A DNA stretch of 64,000 nucleotides from Oligoflexales bacterium. GTDB lineage: Bacteria; Bdellovibrionota_B; Oligoflexia; Oligoflexales; RGVZ01. The DNA lies in contig JBIKKO010000003.1 in NCBI GenBank assembly GCA_044360315.1, forward strand, positions 1,301-65,300, written 5' to 3'. The notes under the pieces were generated by a model. That model saw only the letters and a program-made list of their open reading frames with translations. It was not told the DNA's origin and did no database searches. Positions 46,448 to 55,229 of this stretch are shown here, piece by piece (within the stretch, counting starts at the first letter, position 1; the number at the start of each line of letters is the position of its first letter). The translations under genes were made by a program, and so were the position numbers.

Positions 46448-46650
46448 AATTCACTGATGTAAGATGAACTGGAAAGTCATAACCTCTCAAAATTATGTTA
46501 ATTTAGCTGCGGTAGCCCTGTTGAATCAATTCTTAGAGCCACTTTAGCCGCCTAGATTTGTTATGATTTTCCGCGGCTTTATGTGAATTTTATGAAGTGC
46601 TTTAAAGAATAAATAAGTTTTTGCCGATCCCATATGGAAGGAGGTGGGGC

Positions 46651-48933
46651 GTGCGTTTCTGGAAAAGCAGGTGTGGGGGCGTTTTACTATGTGTCCTTAC
46701 TTTGTTTGCTCTGTGGGCTTGTAAACAAACGGAGTCTATTCTCTCAGATGCAGCGACTAAAACGTCGTTTAAAACGGGTTTGTTTAAGCCGCGGTCTAAG
46801 TCGGAAATCATTCTAGTTGGTAAACACTCACCGATGGCGGTCAAGGATTTTTTAGATCTAGCGAATCACCTCGTTGGTAAGGGTGGTTTGAAACTCTTGT
46901 TTGATGAAAAAATCACTTACGGGACCACGGTCAATGGGAAAGGTCATCAGCTGCTGGTGGCGGTGTCAAAAAACGCGTTACCTTTACCCGTTTTGTCCAT
47001 TGAGGATGGTAAGCTTTACTCCTGGAATCAGTCTGTTGTCATTGATAGAAGAAACGCTACAATCGGCATCAATGAGCTTTTTTTGAAAGTCCCTTATGGG
47101 CGTAGTCTTGAGCCGTATGATGTTGACCAAATGTATATTAGACGAAGCGCGCAAAATGATCGCGGACAGTTTGAACCAGTGCTTGTCCCTTGGTTGCAGC
47201 ATGTGAAGTCAGAGACTCATGACGTTGTTACGTATCAGGTCGGCAATAGTGTCTTTGAAGCTAGGCATGGTCTTCCACTGTTGGAATTTCGTCAGCATGT
47301 GGAAAATCAGCAGCCTAAACCCATTTGGTTTGTACTGGGTCGTTACAGTGATCAGGATATACGTGGCGGTGCGGTGTTTTGGCGCGCGAAGACTGACGTC
47401 TATTACTCGCTGAAAAAGGGGGATCAAAAGGTCGTCGAGTGGCGGTCTCAAGATGAAGACTCCATCGATCGTGTCGCTAGGATCTCGAAAGATAAAGTAG
47501 AGATTCCGGGTACTGTCCTTAAGTTTTTAGAAGGTTTGCCCGAGGACTTAAATGACAAGAATCATCCTAGGAACGCAGAGCTTTTGGGATTTGATTCATG
47601 GTGGGGCGATCATTCAGTATTCCAATTGGATCGAAACTCGTTAACCATTGTTGAGACATTAAATACTTCTGCGCAGGGATTGTCTTTGTCGGAAGTCGGG
47701 GGTTTTGCGGAAGAGGTGTTGACTGACGAGGATTATCGTCCCGCGGCGGATCTTGGTTTGGCTTTGGCCAATCCTTTTGATCGGACAAAACCTGTAGTGG
47801 TTCGTCCTCGGATGGATGGTAGTCAACTTGACGCTGCGGTTTATACGGACCAGAATGGAAAGCAGCGAGGCGGGACTGTTTTGTCTTCTAAGAATGTTCG
47901 TGTTCCGGGCGGCTATTTCTCAAATGATCGCTATGAGCAGCGGTATTTTGTTCATAACGCGACCTCTAACACGGTCGCGGAAGTATCAGCCACTGGACAT
48001 GTTATAAAGGACAATATCCCCGTTGATGAGTTCAAAAATAGGCAAAAGACTCTAGTAAATGTCGATAAGATGCAGCGAGACGGTGGTGTGGATCGCCGCA
48101 TTAGTGCTGAGTCAAATTCGCTTGAAGGTCGCTCGCGAAGGCAGCTTGAGATCTCGGAAAGTTATCTACAGGGAAAAACTACAGGCGACATGGCTCGTCG
48201 TGTAGGAAAAACTTTAGCAATTGGTCAAGTGCGTGAGCAGCTGGAGTTTGCATTGAAGGATGAGAATTCTAAAGCGCTCGGTATCTTGGTCGGTGAGCAG
48301 TTGCAAACGACCCAACTCGAAGAGACGCATGGGTTTCAGGATGTTGGACAGGTCTTCGTGCGGGGGGCGCAGTCAGCAGTTGTGGAAAAGGTTGCGTCTA
48401 GTATCGTTGACCCCGTTGCGCAGACGGTCTGGAAGGGTACAGACCTTTCGGCAACAGCATCGAAAAAAGTTGGTATAGGATCAGGGGTAGGCTTAAAAGC
48501 GTCGCGCGATATGTATTTTAAATATCAAGATTTGAAGGAACAAGGAGTGTTCGATCCAACCTCCCCTGACGCGGCCTTTAATAGGGCTGTCGGGACAGTC
48601 AGGATTGCAGGTGCCGGTGCTGCTCGAGTGGCAGGATTTGTTGCGACAGGTGATCCGTTAGCAAAAAAGACTGCAGGCAAAGCTGCTGTTAACCGCTTGG
48701 TTCGAGACTCTACGGGTGCATTACTCGACGAGTCAGCAGCTATTTCCCACGGGGTCCAGGCGCAAACACTGGAGCGGCAGCGTCGCCATATTTTGGAGGG
48801 GTCTGCACAGCGGCGGCGGGATGCCCAGGCTGCTGATACTGCTTTGAACGCGTTAAATCGGCTCGAGACCGCCCAAGGAGGCATGTCGACAACTAAGCCC
48901 TCCACGCCCCGTAGGACGTCGGGCGCGGACTGA
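46651..48933 (+). CDS. large orphan lipoprotein (760 aa)
   Basis: AAGGAGG (46638-46644) lies 6 nt before GTG 46651, giving VRFWKSRCGGVLLCVLTLFALWAC|K (lipobox). The ORF track starts at TTG 46621. I recognised no domain. The C-terminal ~150 aa are Ala/Gly/Arg-rich. Confidence 0.7.
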   Translation: MRFWKSRCGGVLLCVLTLFALWACKQTESILSDAATKTSFKTGLFKPRSKSEIILVGKHSPMAVKDFLDLANHLVGKGGLKLLFDEKITYGTTVNGKGHQLLVAVSKNALPLPVLSIEDGKLYSWNQSVVIDRRNATIGINELFLKVPYGRSLEPYDVDQMYIRRSAQNDRGQFEPVLVPWLQHVKSETHDVVTYQVGNSVFEARHGLPLLEFRQHVENQQPKPIWFVLGRYSDQDIRGGAVFWRAKTDVYYSLKKGDQKVVEWRSQDEDSIDRVARISKDKVEIPGTVLKFLEGLPEDLNDKNHPRNAELLGFDSWWGDHSVFQLDRNSLTIVETLNTSAQGLSLSEVGGFAEEVLTDEDYRPAADLGLALANPFDRTKPVVVRPRMDGSQLDAAVYTDQNGKQRGGTVLSSKNVRVPGGYFSNDRYEQRYFVHNATSNTVAEVSATGHVIKDNIPVDEFKNRQKTLVNVDKMQRDGGVDRRISAESNSLEGRSRRQLEISESYLQGKTTGDMARRVGKTLAIGQVREQLEFALKDENSKALGILVGEQLQTTQLEETHGFQDVGQVFVRGAQSAVVEKVASSIVDPVAQTVWKGTDLSATASKKVGIGSGVGLKASRDMYFKYQDLKEQGVFDPTSPDAAFNRAVGTVRIAGAGAARVAGFVATGDPLAKKTAGKAAVNRLVRDSTGALLDESAAISHGVQAQTLERQRRHILEGSAQRRRDAQAADTALNALNRLETAQGGMSTTKPSTPRRTSGAD

Positions 48934-48999
48934 CGTGTTGATTTTATACCCGAAAACACTCCTTAAACATTTTAGAAATCCACAAATTAACAAAATATC

Positions 49000-49037
49000 A
49001 TGTCTCTTGGTGAGTCCTTGAGACATCGCTCGTTTTT
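49000..49037 (+). terminator. weak terminator candidate after the 760-aa lipoprotein gene
   Basis: ATGTCTC-13 nt-GAGACAT stem, then cgctcg-TTTTT. Confidence 0.3.
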
Positions 49038-49161
49038 GGCCCGGCATTAGAGTTAGATGGCCACGTCTGACCACGAACGGGTCTAGCGTTGTCCTGCGTT
49101 ATGAATTTACTGATGACTGTGATATTCTTAAATCAATGGTATCCTTACGGGAGATGTCCTA

Positions 49162-50004
49162 ATGGGTTTAAGAATATCGACAAACGTATCGTCGTTAACC
49201 GGTCAAAGACATTTGCGTGACACACGCCAGTTGCTGGATCGCTCGATCGAGCGATTGTCGAGCGGCTACCGTATTAACCGGGCAGGTGATGATGCTGCTG
49301 GTTTAGCAATCACGGAAAAGCTTCGCGCAAAGACCCGAGGCCTGATCCAAGCACAGCGAAACGCGTCTGACGGTGTCTCTCTTATTCAGGTGGCCGAGGG
49401 TGGACTAAATGAGGTCCAGAATATTTTAGTTCGTTTAAGAGAACTGGGCGTTCAATCAGCGTCTGATACGATTGGCGCGCGTGAGCGGCGTTATCTTGAC
49501 GAGGAGTTTCAAAGTTTAAAGCAAGAGATTGATAGGATTGCAAACTCAACGGAGTTTAACGGGACTTATTTGTTAGATGGAACCGGTGGGTCCTTGGATT
49601 TTCAGGTGAATACCGGTGGTCAAAACCTGCTAGGTGTTGATCGTATCAGTTTTGATGCGTTTAAGCTTGATGTCAATACTGACAAGTTAGGTTTGGAAGA
49701 CGTAGGAGTTGCGGATAAGAACGGCGCGCAGCGCGGTTTAGCTATGATTGATGGTGCGATCGATGCGGTCTCTTCTGTCCGTGGTGAGCTTGGAGCAATT
49801 GAAAATCGTTTAGAATCAACCGTCCGTAACATTTCAATCAGTGTCGAAAACCTGTCGGCTGCGCGCAGCCGTATTAAGGATGTGGACGTGGCTGACGAGA
49901 CTGCCGAGTTGGCCAAGCATAATATCCTGATGCAGTCGGGTATATCAGTTTTAACCCAAGCCAACAGCATTCCACAGATGGCCTTGCAGCTATTGAAGGG
50001 CTGA
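49162..50004 (+). CDS. fliC: flagellin (short, D0/D1 only)
   Basis: 280 aa. MGLRISTNVSSL...ERLSSGYRINRAGDDAAGLAI...SDGVSLIQVAEGGL at the N-terminus and ...LSAARSRIKDVDVADETAELAKHNILMQSGISVLTQANSIPQMALQLLKG at the C-terminus. Confidence 0.95.
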   Translation: MGLRISTNVSSLTGQRHLRDTRQLLDRSIERLSSGYRINRAGDDAAGLAITEKLRAKTRGLIQAQRNASDGVSLIQVAEGGLNEVQNILVRLRELGVQSASDTIGARERRYLDEEFQSLKQEIDRIANSTEFNGTYLLDGTGGSLDFQVNTGGQNLLGVDRISFDAFKLDVNTDKLGLEDVGVADKNGAQRGLAMIDGAIDAVSSVRGELGAIENRLESTVRNISISVENLSAARSRIKDVDVADETAELAKHNILMQSGISVLTQANSIPQMALQLLKG

Positions 50005-50020
50005 GCGAGGGGCGTCTGGG

Positions 50021-50959
50021 TTAAATGGAGTCCAGACCCCAGATGAAACTTCTGGCCAGATTATTCAAAACATTTGATCCACTGCTGTCCGTCGCTTTTG
50101 CTAAAGCCATGGGGTGAGATGCAATATGCTTGGACTGCTGCTTCAACAATGCTAGCCATGATTCCGGAAGGCATCCAGGAGCAAGTAGTATCAATTCTAG
50201 AGCATTAAATTCCATGAGGATCGTTTGAATATCAGATACGAGTTCTTCTGCAGACTGAGCGCCCCATTCGTGAATCACTGATTGGAGATCTGCTCCTCGA
50301 CCAATCACCATCCAAGACGTAATCCTTAGTCCGCAGCGACGTACAAAGAGTAGCGTATTGGGTATTTCTAGTAGTTTGCGAAACTCATCGAGGCTTCGTT
50401 GCAGGTCCCACTCTAGTTTAGGCCGTAGTGAAAGCATGTGTAGCAGGTCCCCGTCAGACAAGGTTCTTCCCTGCTGTAAGGAGATCCCTGTTGGCTTAAT
50501 TTTTTTTCGTTGGCAAATCGTCAAACGCCACTCGCGTCCAATCGACGAAAAACCAAAATTTTGGTAAAATTGTAATAAATCACTCCAAAGGATCAATGCT
50601 TGGAGTCCTTGAGACTGGGCAATTTGTTCTAGGTTACTGATAAGAGAGCGCATATGGCCTTGCCCACGGTGCTGCTTATCAGTCGCGACATTACCAATAA
50701 GCCCAATGGGTATGCGATGTTGTTGTGAGCTATGAATTAAGGTGCGAGGCCAAAGGTTGGCGTGACCAACTAGTTCGGTATCTAGAAAGGCACACCAGCT
50801 TGTGGATAGGGACTCACTGGATAGTACGATGGGATACTCAGCGGCGTAAGGCCACTGGTTGGGTTGGTCGCGAAGAGCTGATTGAAGTAACTGATTGCGA
50901 ATTTCTAGTTCGTCATGGTTTTTTGGGTTTCTGTAGGAGATGACTAATGATGAAGGCAT
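50021..50959 (-). CDS. GNAT-family N-acetyltransferase with C-terminal extension (Eis-like layout)
   Basis: 312 aa. Acetyl-CoA motif IGNVATDKQHRGQGHMRSLISNL and ...ILWSDLLQFYQNFGF. The C-terminal ~150 aa are unassigned. Confidence 0.65.
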   Translation of the reverse strand: MPSSLVISYRNPKNHDELEIRNQLLQSALRDQPNQWPYAAEYPIVLSSESLSTSWCAFLDTELVGHANLWPRTLIHSSQQHRIPIGLIGNVATDKQHRGQGHMRSLISNLEQIAQSQGLQALILWSDLLQFYQNFGFSSIGREWRLTICQRKKIKPTGISLQQGRTLSDGDLLHMLSLRPKLEWDLQRSLDEFRKLLEIPNTLLFVRRCGLRITSWMVIGRGADLQSVIHEWGAQSAEELVSDIQTILMEFNALELILLAPGCLPESWLALLKQQSKHIASHPMALAKATDSSGSNVLNNLARSFIWGLDSI

Positions 50960-51056
50960 TCAGCGCTCCCTGGTATAGCCGTAATGTTTGAATCATTGTA
51001 TCATGACCGGGTATCGTTAACATAAGCTATGTGATAAACGTGGAGGGACCTGCATC

Positions 51057-52415
51057 ATGCCAATTAGAATGAATGGAGTTGGCGGTGGGTTTGATCCGAA
51101 GCTGGTCGATCAACTCATAGAGGCTGAAAAGATTCCTGTTGAGTCCGCCAAAAGACGTAAAGAGCGATTTACGGTTGAAAAGAAAGAGATTGAAAAGCTA
51201 AATGGGTTTCTAACGGAGCTCGATTCAACTCTAAACTCTCTCAAATCGCGCGCCGATTTTTTTAAAATGAAAGTCGAATCGTCCCATCCCGATATTATGG
51301 ATGGTGTTTGTAAAGCAGATGCTTTGATTGGAACCTATGAGTTTGAAGTGCGAGGGGTTGCGCGATCGGACAAGCAACTTGCGCTCGGATTTCCCGATCG
51401 TGATGAGACGGCCGTAGGATTCGGCTACCTAGAGATTGAGCGAGAGGATATGGGTCCGGTGGAGATCACTGTGGAGCCTGGCTCGACGTTACAAGATGTG
51501 GCGCGACAGATCAATGATGCCGAAGCTGGTGTGCGTGCGATGGTGATAAACACAAAATACAACCCAGATAGTTATCGTTTACTCGTCGTGAGCGAACAGT
51601 CGGGGAAAGAGGCGCGGATTAAGGTTGATGAGGATACTACGTTTCTTGAGTTTCAAAATCAGGTGGCTGGCCAAAACTTAGACGTTTTATTCGAAGATGT
51701 TCCAGTCACTGATGCGGATAATACCTTAGATGAGTTGGTTGATGGGGTTACATTTAATGTAAAGAGAGCTGAACCTGGGACACGTGTGCAGATAAATATC
51801 ACTCACGATGTTGATAAGACCATAGAAGGTATCAAGGCATTTGTTGATAAGTATAACCAATTGCGCGGATTCGGGCATTCACAATACCAGGAAGATCCTC
51901 AAACTGGTAAACGCGGTATTTTGGCCGGCGACCAATCGTTATCTTCCGTCATGCGTGGAGTTCAGTCGATTATTGGTACTCCGCTAACAAGTGGCGGAAA
52001 GTTTCAAAGTCTCGCTGACATCGGCATTACCACTGATCCCAAGACAGGTAGCCTAAAGATGGACGACGCTAAAGTTAAATCAGCTCTGTCCGAAGATTAT
52101 GAAGGCGTGGCTCGGTTGTTTATCCGCGGTCGCGACGGTCAGGGAATTGCAGAGGCAATGGGCGATAAGCTGAAGTCGTTGCGAGACCCTGGAAGTGGTG
52201 CGGTGAAGAGTCGTTTGAGGGCTCTCGACAACATCATAAAGTCGCAGGATGCAGATATTGAGAGGCGGGAACGGCAGGCAGAATCAAAGGGTGAAATGAT
52301 TCGTCGACGTTTTGCTTCTCTGGACGGACAGATCGCTAACATGAGGTCGCAAGGAAATTTTCTTGCGGCGCGCATGGGAGCACCTCAGCAGGGTGGCGGA
52401 GGTGATTCGTCTTAA
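51057..52415 (+). CDS. fliD: flagellar filament cap protein FliD
   Basis: 452 aa. The N-terminal G..GFDPKLVDQLIEAEKIPV and the C-terminal coiled coil are typical of FliD. Confidence 0.85.
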   Translation: MPIRMNGVGGGFDPKLVDQLIEAEKIPVESAKRRKERFTVEKKEIEKLNGFLTELDSTLNSLKSRADFFKMKVESSHPDIMDGVCKADALIGTYEFEVRGVARSDKQLALGFPDRDETAVGFGYLEIEREDMGPVEITVEPGSTLQDVARQINDAEAGVRAMVINTKYNPDSYRLLVVSEQSGKEARIKVDEDTTFLEFQNQVAGQNLDVLFEDVPVTDADNTLDELVDGVTFNVKRAEPGTRVQINITHDVDKTIEGIKAFVDKYNQLRGFGHSQYQEDPQTGKRGILAGDQSLSSVMRGVQSIIGTPLTSGGKFQSLADIGITTDPKTGSLKMDDAKVKSALSEDYEGVARLFIRGRDGQGIAEAMGDKLKSLRDPGSGAVKSRLRALDNIIKSQDADIERRERQAESKGEMIRRRFASLDGQIANMRSQGNFLAARMGAPQQGGGGDSS

Positions 52416-52446
52416 GGATGAGACGTACTTAAACTAGGAGAAGGCA

Positions 52447-52962
52447 ATGACAAATCCGTACAAGCAGTATCAAAAGACACAAGTAGTAACAGCAAGTCGT
52501 GAGAAGATTTTACTGATGTTGTACGAGGGAGCGATCCGGTTTACAAAACAAGCTCGCGTTGCCATGAATGAAAAAAAGATCGCAGACAAAGGGAAAGCGA
52601 TCAGTAAGGCCACGGCAATACTTAGTGAACTAATGGCAACCTTAGATTTTAAAGTTGGTGGTCAACTGGCTCAAGATCTTGAAAATCTTTACATCTTCAT
52701 GATTGATAAGCTGATCGAAGCCAATATTCATAACAAGGTTGAATGTCTGGATGATGTGGAGCGTCTTCTCAACACACTCTATAGCGCATGGAAAGATGTG
52801 ATCGAGAATCCTCGCCCAGACGGGGTGCCCTCCCCAGTTTTGCAGCCAGAAGAATTTAAGAGGTACAAAGAGCAGCTGGCGGCAGAGGGTAAGGAAATGC
52901 CAGACGGTCGCCGATCTGCTGAAAATGAGCAGCCTCGTGGAAATCTAAAAGTCGTGGCCTGA
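52447..52962 (+). CDS. fliS: flagellin-specific chaperone FliS (with ~45-aa charged C-terminal tail)
   Basis: NPYKQYQKTQVVTASREKILLMLYEGAIRF...LYIFMIDKLIEANI matches the FliS four-helix-bundle pattern. Confidence 0.85.
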   Translation: MTNPYKQYQKTQVVTASREKILLMLYEGAIRFTKQARVAMNEKKIADKGKAISKATAILSELMATLDFKVGGQLAQDLENLYIFMIDKLIEANIHNKVECLDDVERLLNTLYSAWKDVIENPRPDGVPSPVLQPEEFKRYKEQLAAEGKEMPDGRRSAENEQPRGNLKVVA

Positions 52963-53030
52963 TTTGTCCACATTTTGTGGAATCTTGAATTCCTAGCATT
53001 TTTTTCCGAACGACCAGGAAAAAACGTCCA

Positions 53031-53059
53031 GCCATCCCAGTAGGGGGTGGCTTTTTTTT
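53031..53059 (+). terminator. rho-independent terminator after fliS
   Basis: GCCATCCC-agta-GGGGGTGGC (one G:U pair) followed by T8. Confidence 0.7.
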
Positions 53060-53182
53060 CCCGATTGAGTAGCCAATCCTTGAATTTTTACAGTATTTGT
53101 CCGTCGTCTACACGGTTTTGCTAATCTTGAGAGTGCGGGTCAGGAGTTAATTTCTGGTTCGTACAACCGTTAGGAGGGATGT

Positions 53183-54505
53183 ATGCCTATTTCGCAATCA
53201 CTGTACACGGCGATTACTGGTTTGTCTGTGATGTCCGACGGAATGTCGGTTGTTGCTAACAACATTGCTAACGCCAACGGTAAGGGCTTTAAAAAAGGCC
53301 GTGCAGAATTTGAGGACATGGTTTCATCAGATCTGTCAACTGGTTCCGGTGCAGCCCAGCTTGGTCGCGGTGCCCGTATGCGGTCGGTGCGGACTCTGCA
53401 TACTCAAGGTGGTCTAGCAGTAACGGATAACATCACTGACTTGGCAGTTCAAGGCAGTGGGTTTTTCATTCTGAGTGGTAAAGCAGGTCAGGGTGATGAC
53501 TCATCGGACCGAAAGTACACGCGTGTTGGTTCCTTCGTGTTCGACAAAGACGGTTATCTTGCGGATCCGGGTGGTGACCGGGTTATGGGATTTATGGCCA
53601 CAAAGGCAGGAAACCTATCGTCGAGGATTCAGGAGATTCGTATTGAAACAAGTCAGATCTCGCCGAAGAAAACCGACAAGGTCTTTCTTGATCTAAATCT
53701 CGACGCAAGGATCAAGCCTTCTGAGGTTGAGTTTGACATAACAAATCCTGAAGCTACGTCACAGTTTAATAATACGATCACCGTGTTTGACTCTCATGGT
53801 CGCGGCCATCCGATGACAGTTTTCTATAACCGCGTCCCCACAAGCGAGGGTATTGAATGGAAATGGCATGCTTGTGTGGAGTCAGCTCAGGTTGCTGATC
53901 CTGTCGAGGGACAAGATTTTGTGTTAGGTGGAACCGGTACGGTTAAGTTTGACTCTAAGGGAAACCTTCTGGAAGAGGTCTTTGAGGGCGGTTCTGTAAA
54001 CTTTGGCGAAGGTGCCGAGCCAAATCAGGTTATAGAACTTGATTTTGGTAAAAATATTGGCACAGAGAAGGGTAATGGTCTTAATGCCACTAGGTCCATT
54101 TCTGCAAAGAGTGTGACCAACTTCCACAGTCAAAATGGTTATGAGACAGGTAATATCAAGAGTATGAATATCGAACTAGACGGAACGATCCGCGGTATTT
54201 ATACAAACGGTGTCCAGCGCGTGCTTGGCGCACTTGCTTTAGCTACGTTTGAGAATCAAGACGGTCTGATGAAGGCTGGTAAAAACAACTTCAGCGCAAC
54301 CCTAGACTCCGGTCCTGCAAAGATTGGTTTAGCGCAAAGTGGGACCCGCGGATCGATCTACGCGTCTGCACTTGAGGAATCAAACGTTGACTTGGCCCAG
54401 GAGTTTGTGACGATGATTATGACGCAGCGTGGTTTCCAGGCGAACAGTCGTTCGATTACGACGACAGACTCTATGATCGAGGAAGTTGTGAACTTGAAGC
54501 GTTAA
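53183..54505 (+). CDS. flgE: flagellar hook protein FlgE
   Basis: 440 aa. N-terminal SLYTAITGLSVMSDGMSVVANNIANANGKGFK and C-terminal LEESNVDLAQEFVTMIMTQRGFQANSRSITTTDSMIEEVVNLKR. GGAGGG RBS. Confidence 0.9.
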   Translation: MPISQSLYTAITGLSVMSDGMSVVANNIANANGKGFKKGRAEFEDMVSSDLSTGSGAAQLGRGARMRSVRTLHTQGGLAVTDNITDLAVQGSGFFILSGKAGQGDDSSDRKYTRVGSFVFDKDGYLADPGGDRVMGFMATKAGNLSSRIQEIRIETSQISPKKTDKVFLDLNLDARIKPSEVEFDITNPEATSQFNNTITVFDSHGRGHPMTVFYNRVPTSEGIEWKWHACVESAQVADPVEGQDFVLGGTGTVKFDSKGNLLEEVFEGGSVNFGEGAEPNQVIELDFGKNIGTEKGNGLNATRSISAKSVTNFHSQNGYETGNIKSMNIELDGTIRGIYTNGVQRVLGALALATFENQDGLMKAGKNNFSATLDSGPAKIGLAQSGTRGSIYASALEESNVDLAQEFVTMIMTQRGFQANSRSITTTDSMIEEVVNLKR

Positions 54506-54538
54506 TTTCTATTCCTTCTGAGGTTTGGTTAAATTGAG

Positions 54539-54568
54539 GGGGTTGTCCGCTAGGGCAGCCCCTGTTTT
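54539..54568. terminator. terminator hairpin between convergent flgE and cheW
   Basis: GGGGTTGTCC-gcta-GGGCAGCCCC (two G:U pairs), then tg-TTTT. Confidence 0.6.
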
Positions 54569-54629
54569 CATTGATGAGTGTGCGTTTTTTGAATGAGCAA
54601 GTTACAGCAAGCGCCAGCCCTAGGGTCGA

Positions 54630-55229
54630 TCATCTACCACTGCCCGAAGCAGCCGTCTCGATTTTGTGTTCTAAGACGCTTAAAATTTTTGAAAGCGAAA
54701 GAATTCCCACGATTTGTTGATTGTATCGAGATAGGCCGGCAAGAAGATCAAGTCCCTCGGCGGTCAGGGGGGAGGTCATATTTTCAATACTATCTGGGCT
54801 AATATCGGCTATTCCGGTGACACCGTCGACTATAAAGCTAAATGGCTTGGCATTGTCGTCTTCCTGACAGACTAATATGCGGACATTTCGATGGACTGCT
54901 TCTTTGTTCATACCTAACATTTTTTTTAGATTGACGACTGGCAAAATACGGCCGCGGAGATTGATGACCCCTTCAATAAAGCTTGGATGATAGGGTATAT
55001 AGGTGATTTTGGGTGGAATAATAATTTCTCGGATGACAGAGGACGGAATCAGGAAACGTTTGTTTCCAATATCCATCAATAGATGACGTGCGTTTTCATT
55101 TGATGCTGGGACAGTGTCTTCTTCCAAAGGTTTTGTGATCGCAAATATACCTCGATATTCGCCTGGCTCGTCGTCTGGTGTGTTCTTCCATAGATCCTGA
55201 CTCATAGAGGTCCTCCTGAGTTCCGTCAA
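54630..55229 (-). CDS. cheW: chemotaxis coupling protein CheW (with N-terminal extension)
   Basis: 199 aa with a CheW-like core (FLIPSSVIREII...GVINLRGRILPVVNLKKMLG...FIVDGV). 4-nt overlap with cheA. Confidence 0.8.
   Translation of the reverse strand: MTELRRTSMSQDLWKNTPDDEPGEYRGIFAITKPLEEDTVPASNENARHLLMDIGNKRFLIPSSVIREIIIPPKITYIPYHPSFIEGVINLRGRILPVVNLKKMLGMNKEAVHRNVRILVCQEDDNAKPFSFIVDGVTGIADISPDSIENMTSPLTAEGLDLLAGLSRYNQQIVGILSLSKILSVLEHKIETAASGSGR

Noticed and set aside
49037-49052. Sigma-54-like TGGCCC-N4-TTAGA upstream of fliC. I also searched 48934-49161 for a sigma-28 TAAA-N15-GCCGATAA promoter.
   Set aside because: It has too many mismatches to TGGCAC-N5-TTGCA, and no GCCGATAA-like -10 element was found. 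I cannot support a specific flagellar promoter call.
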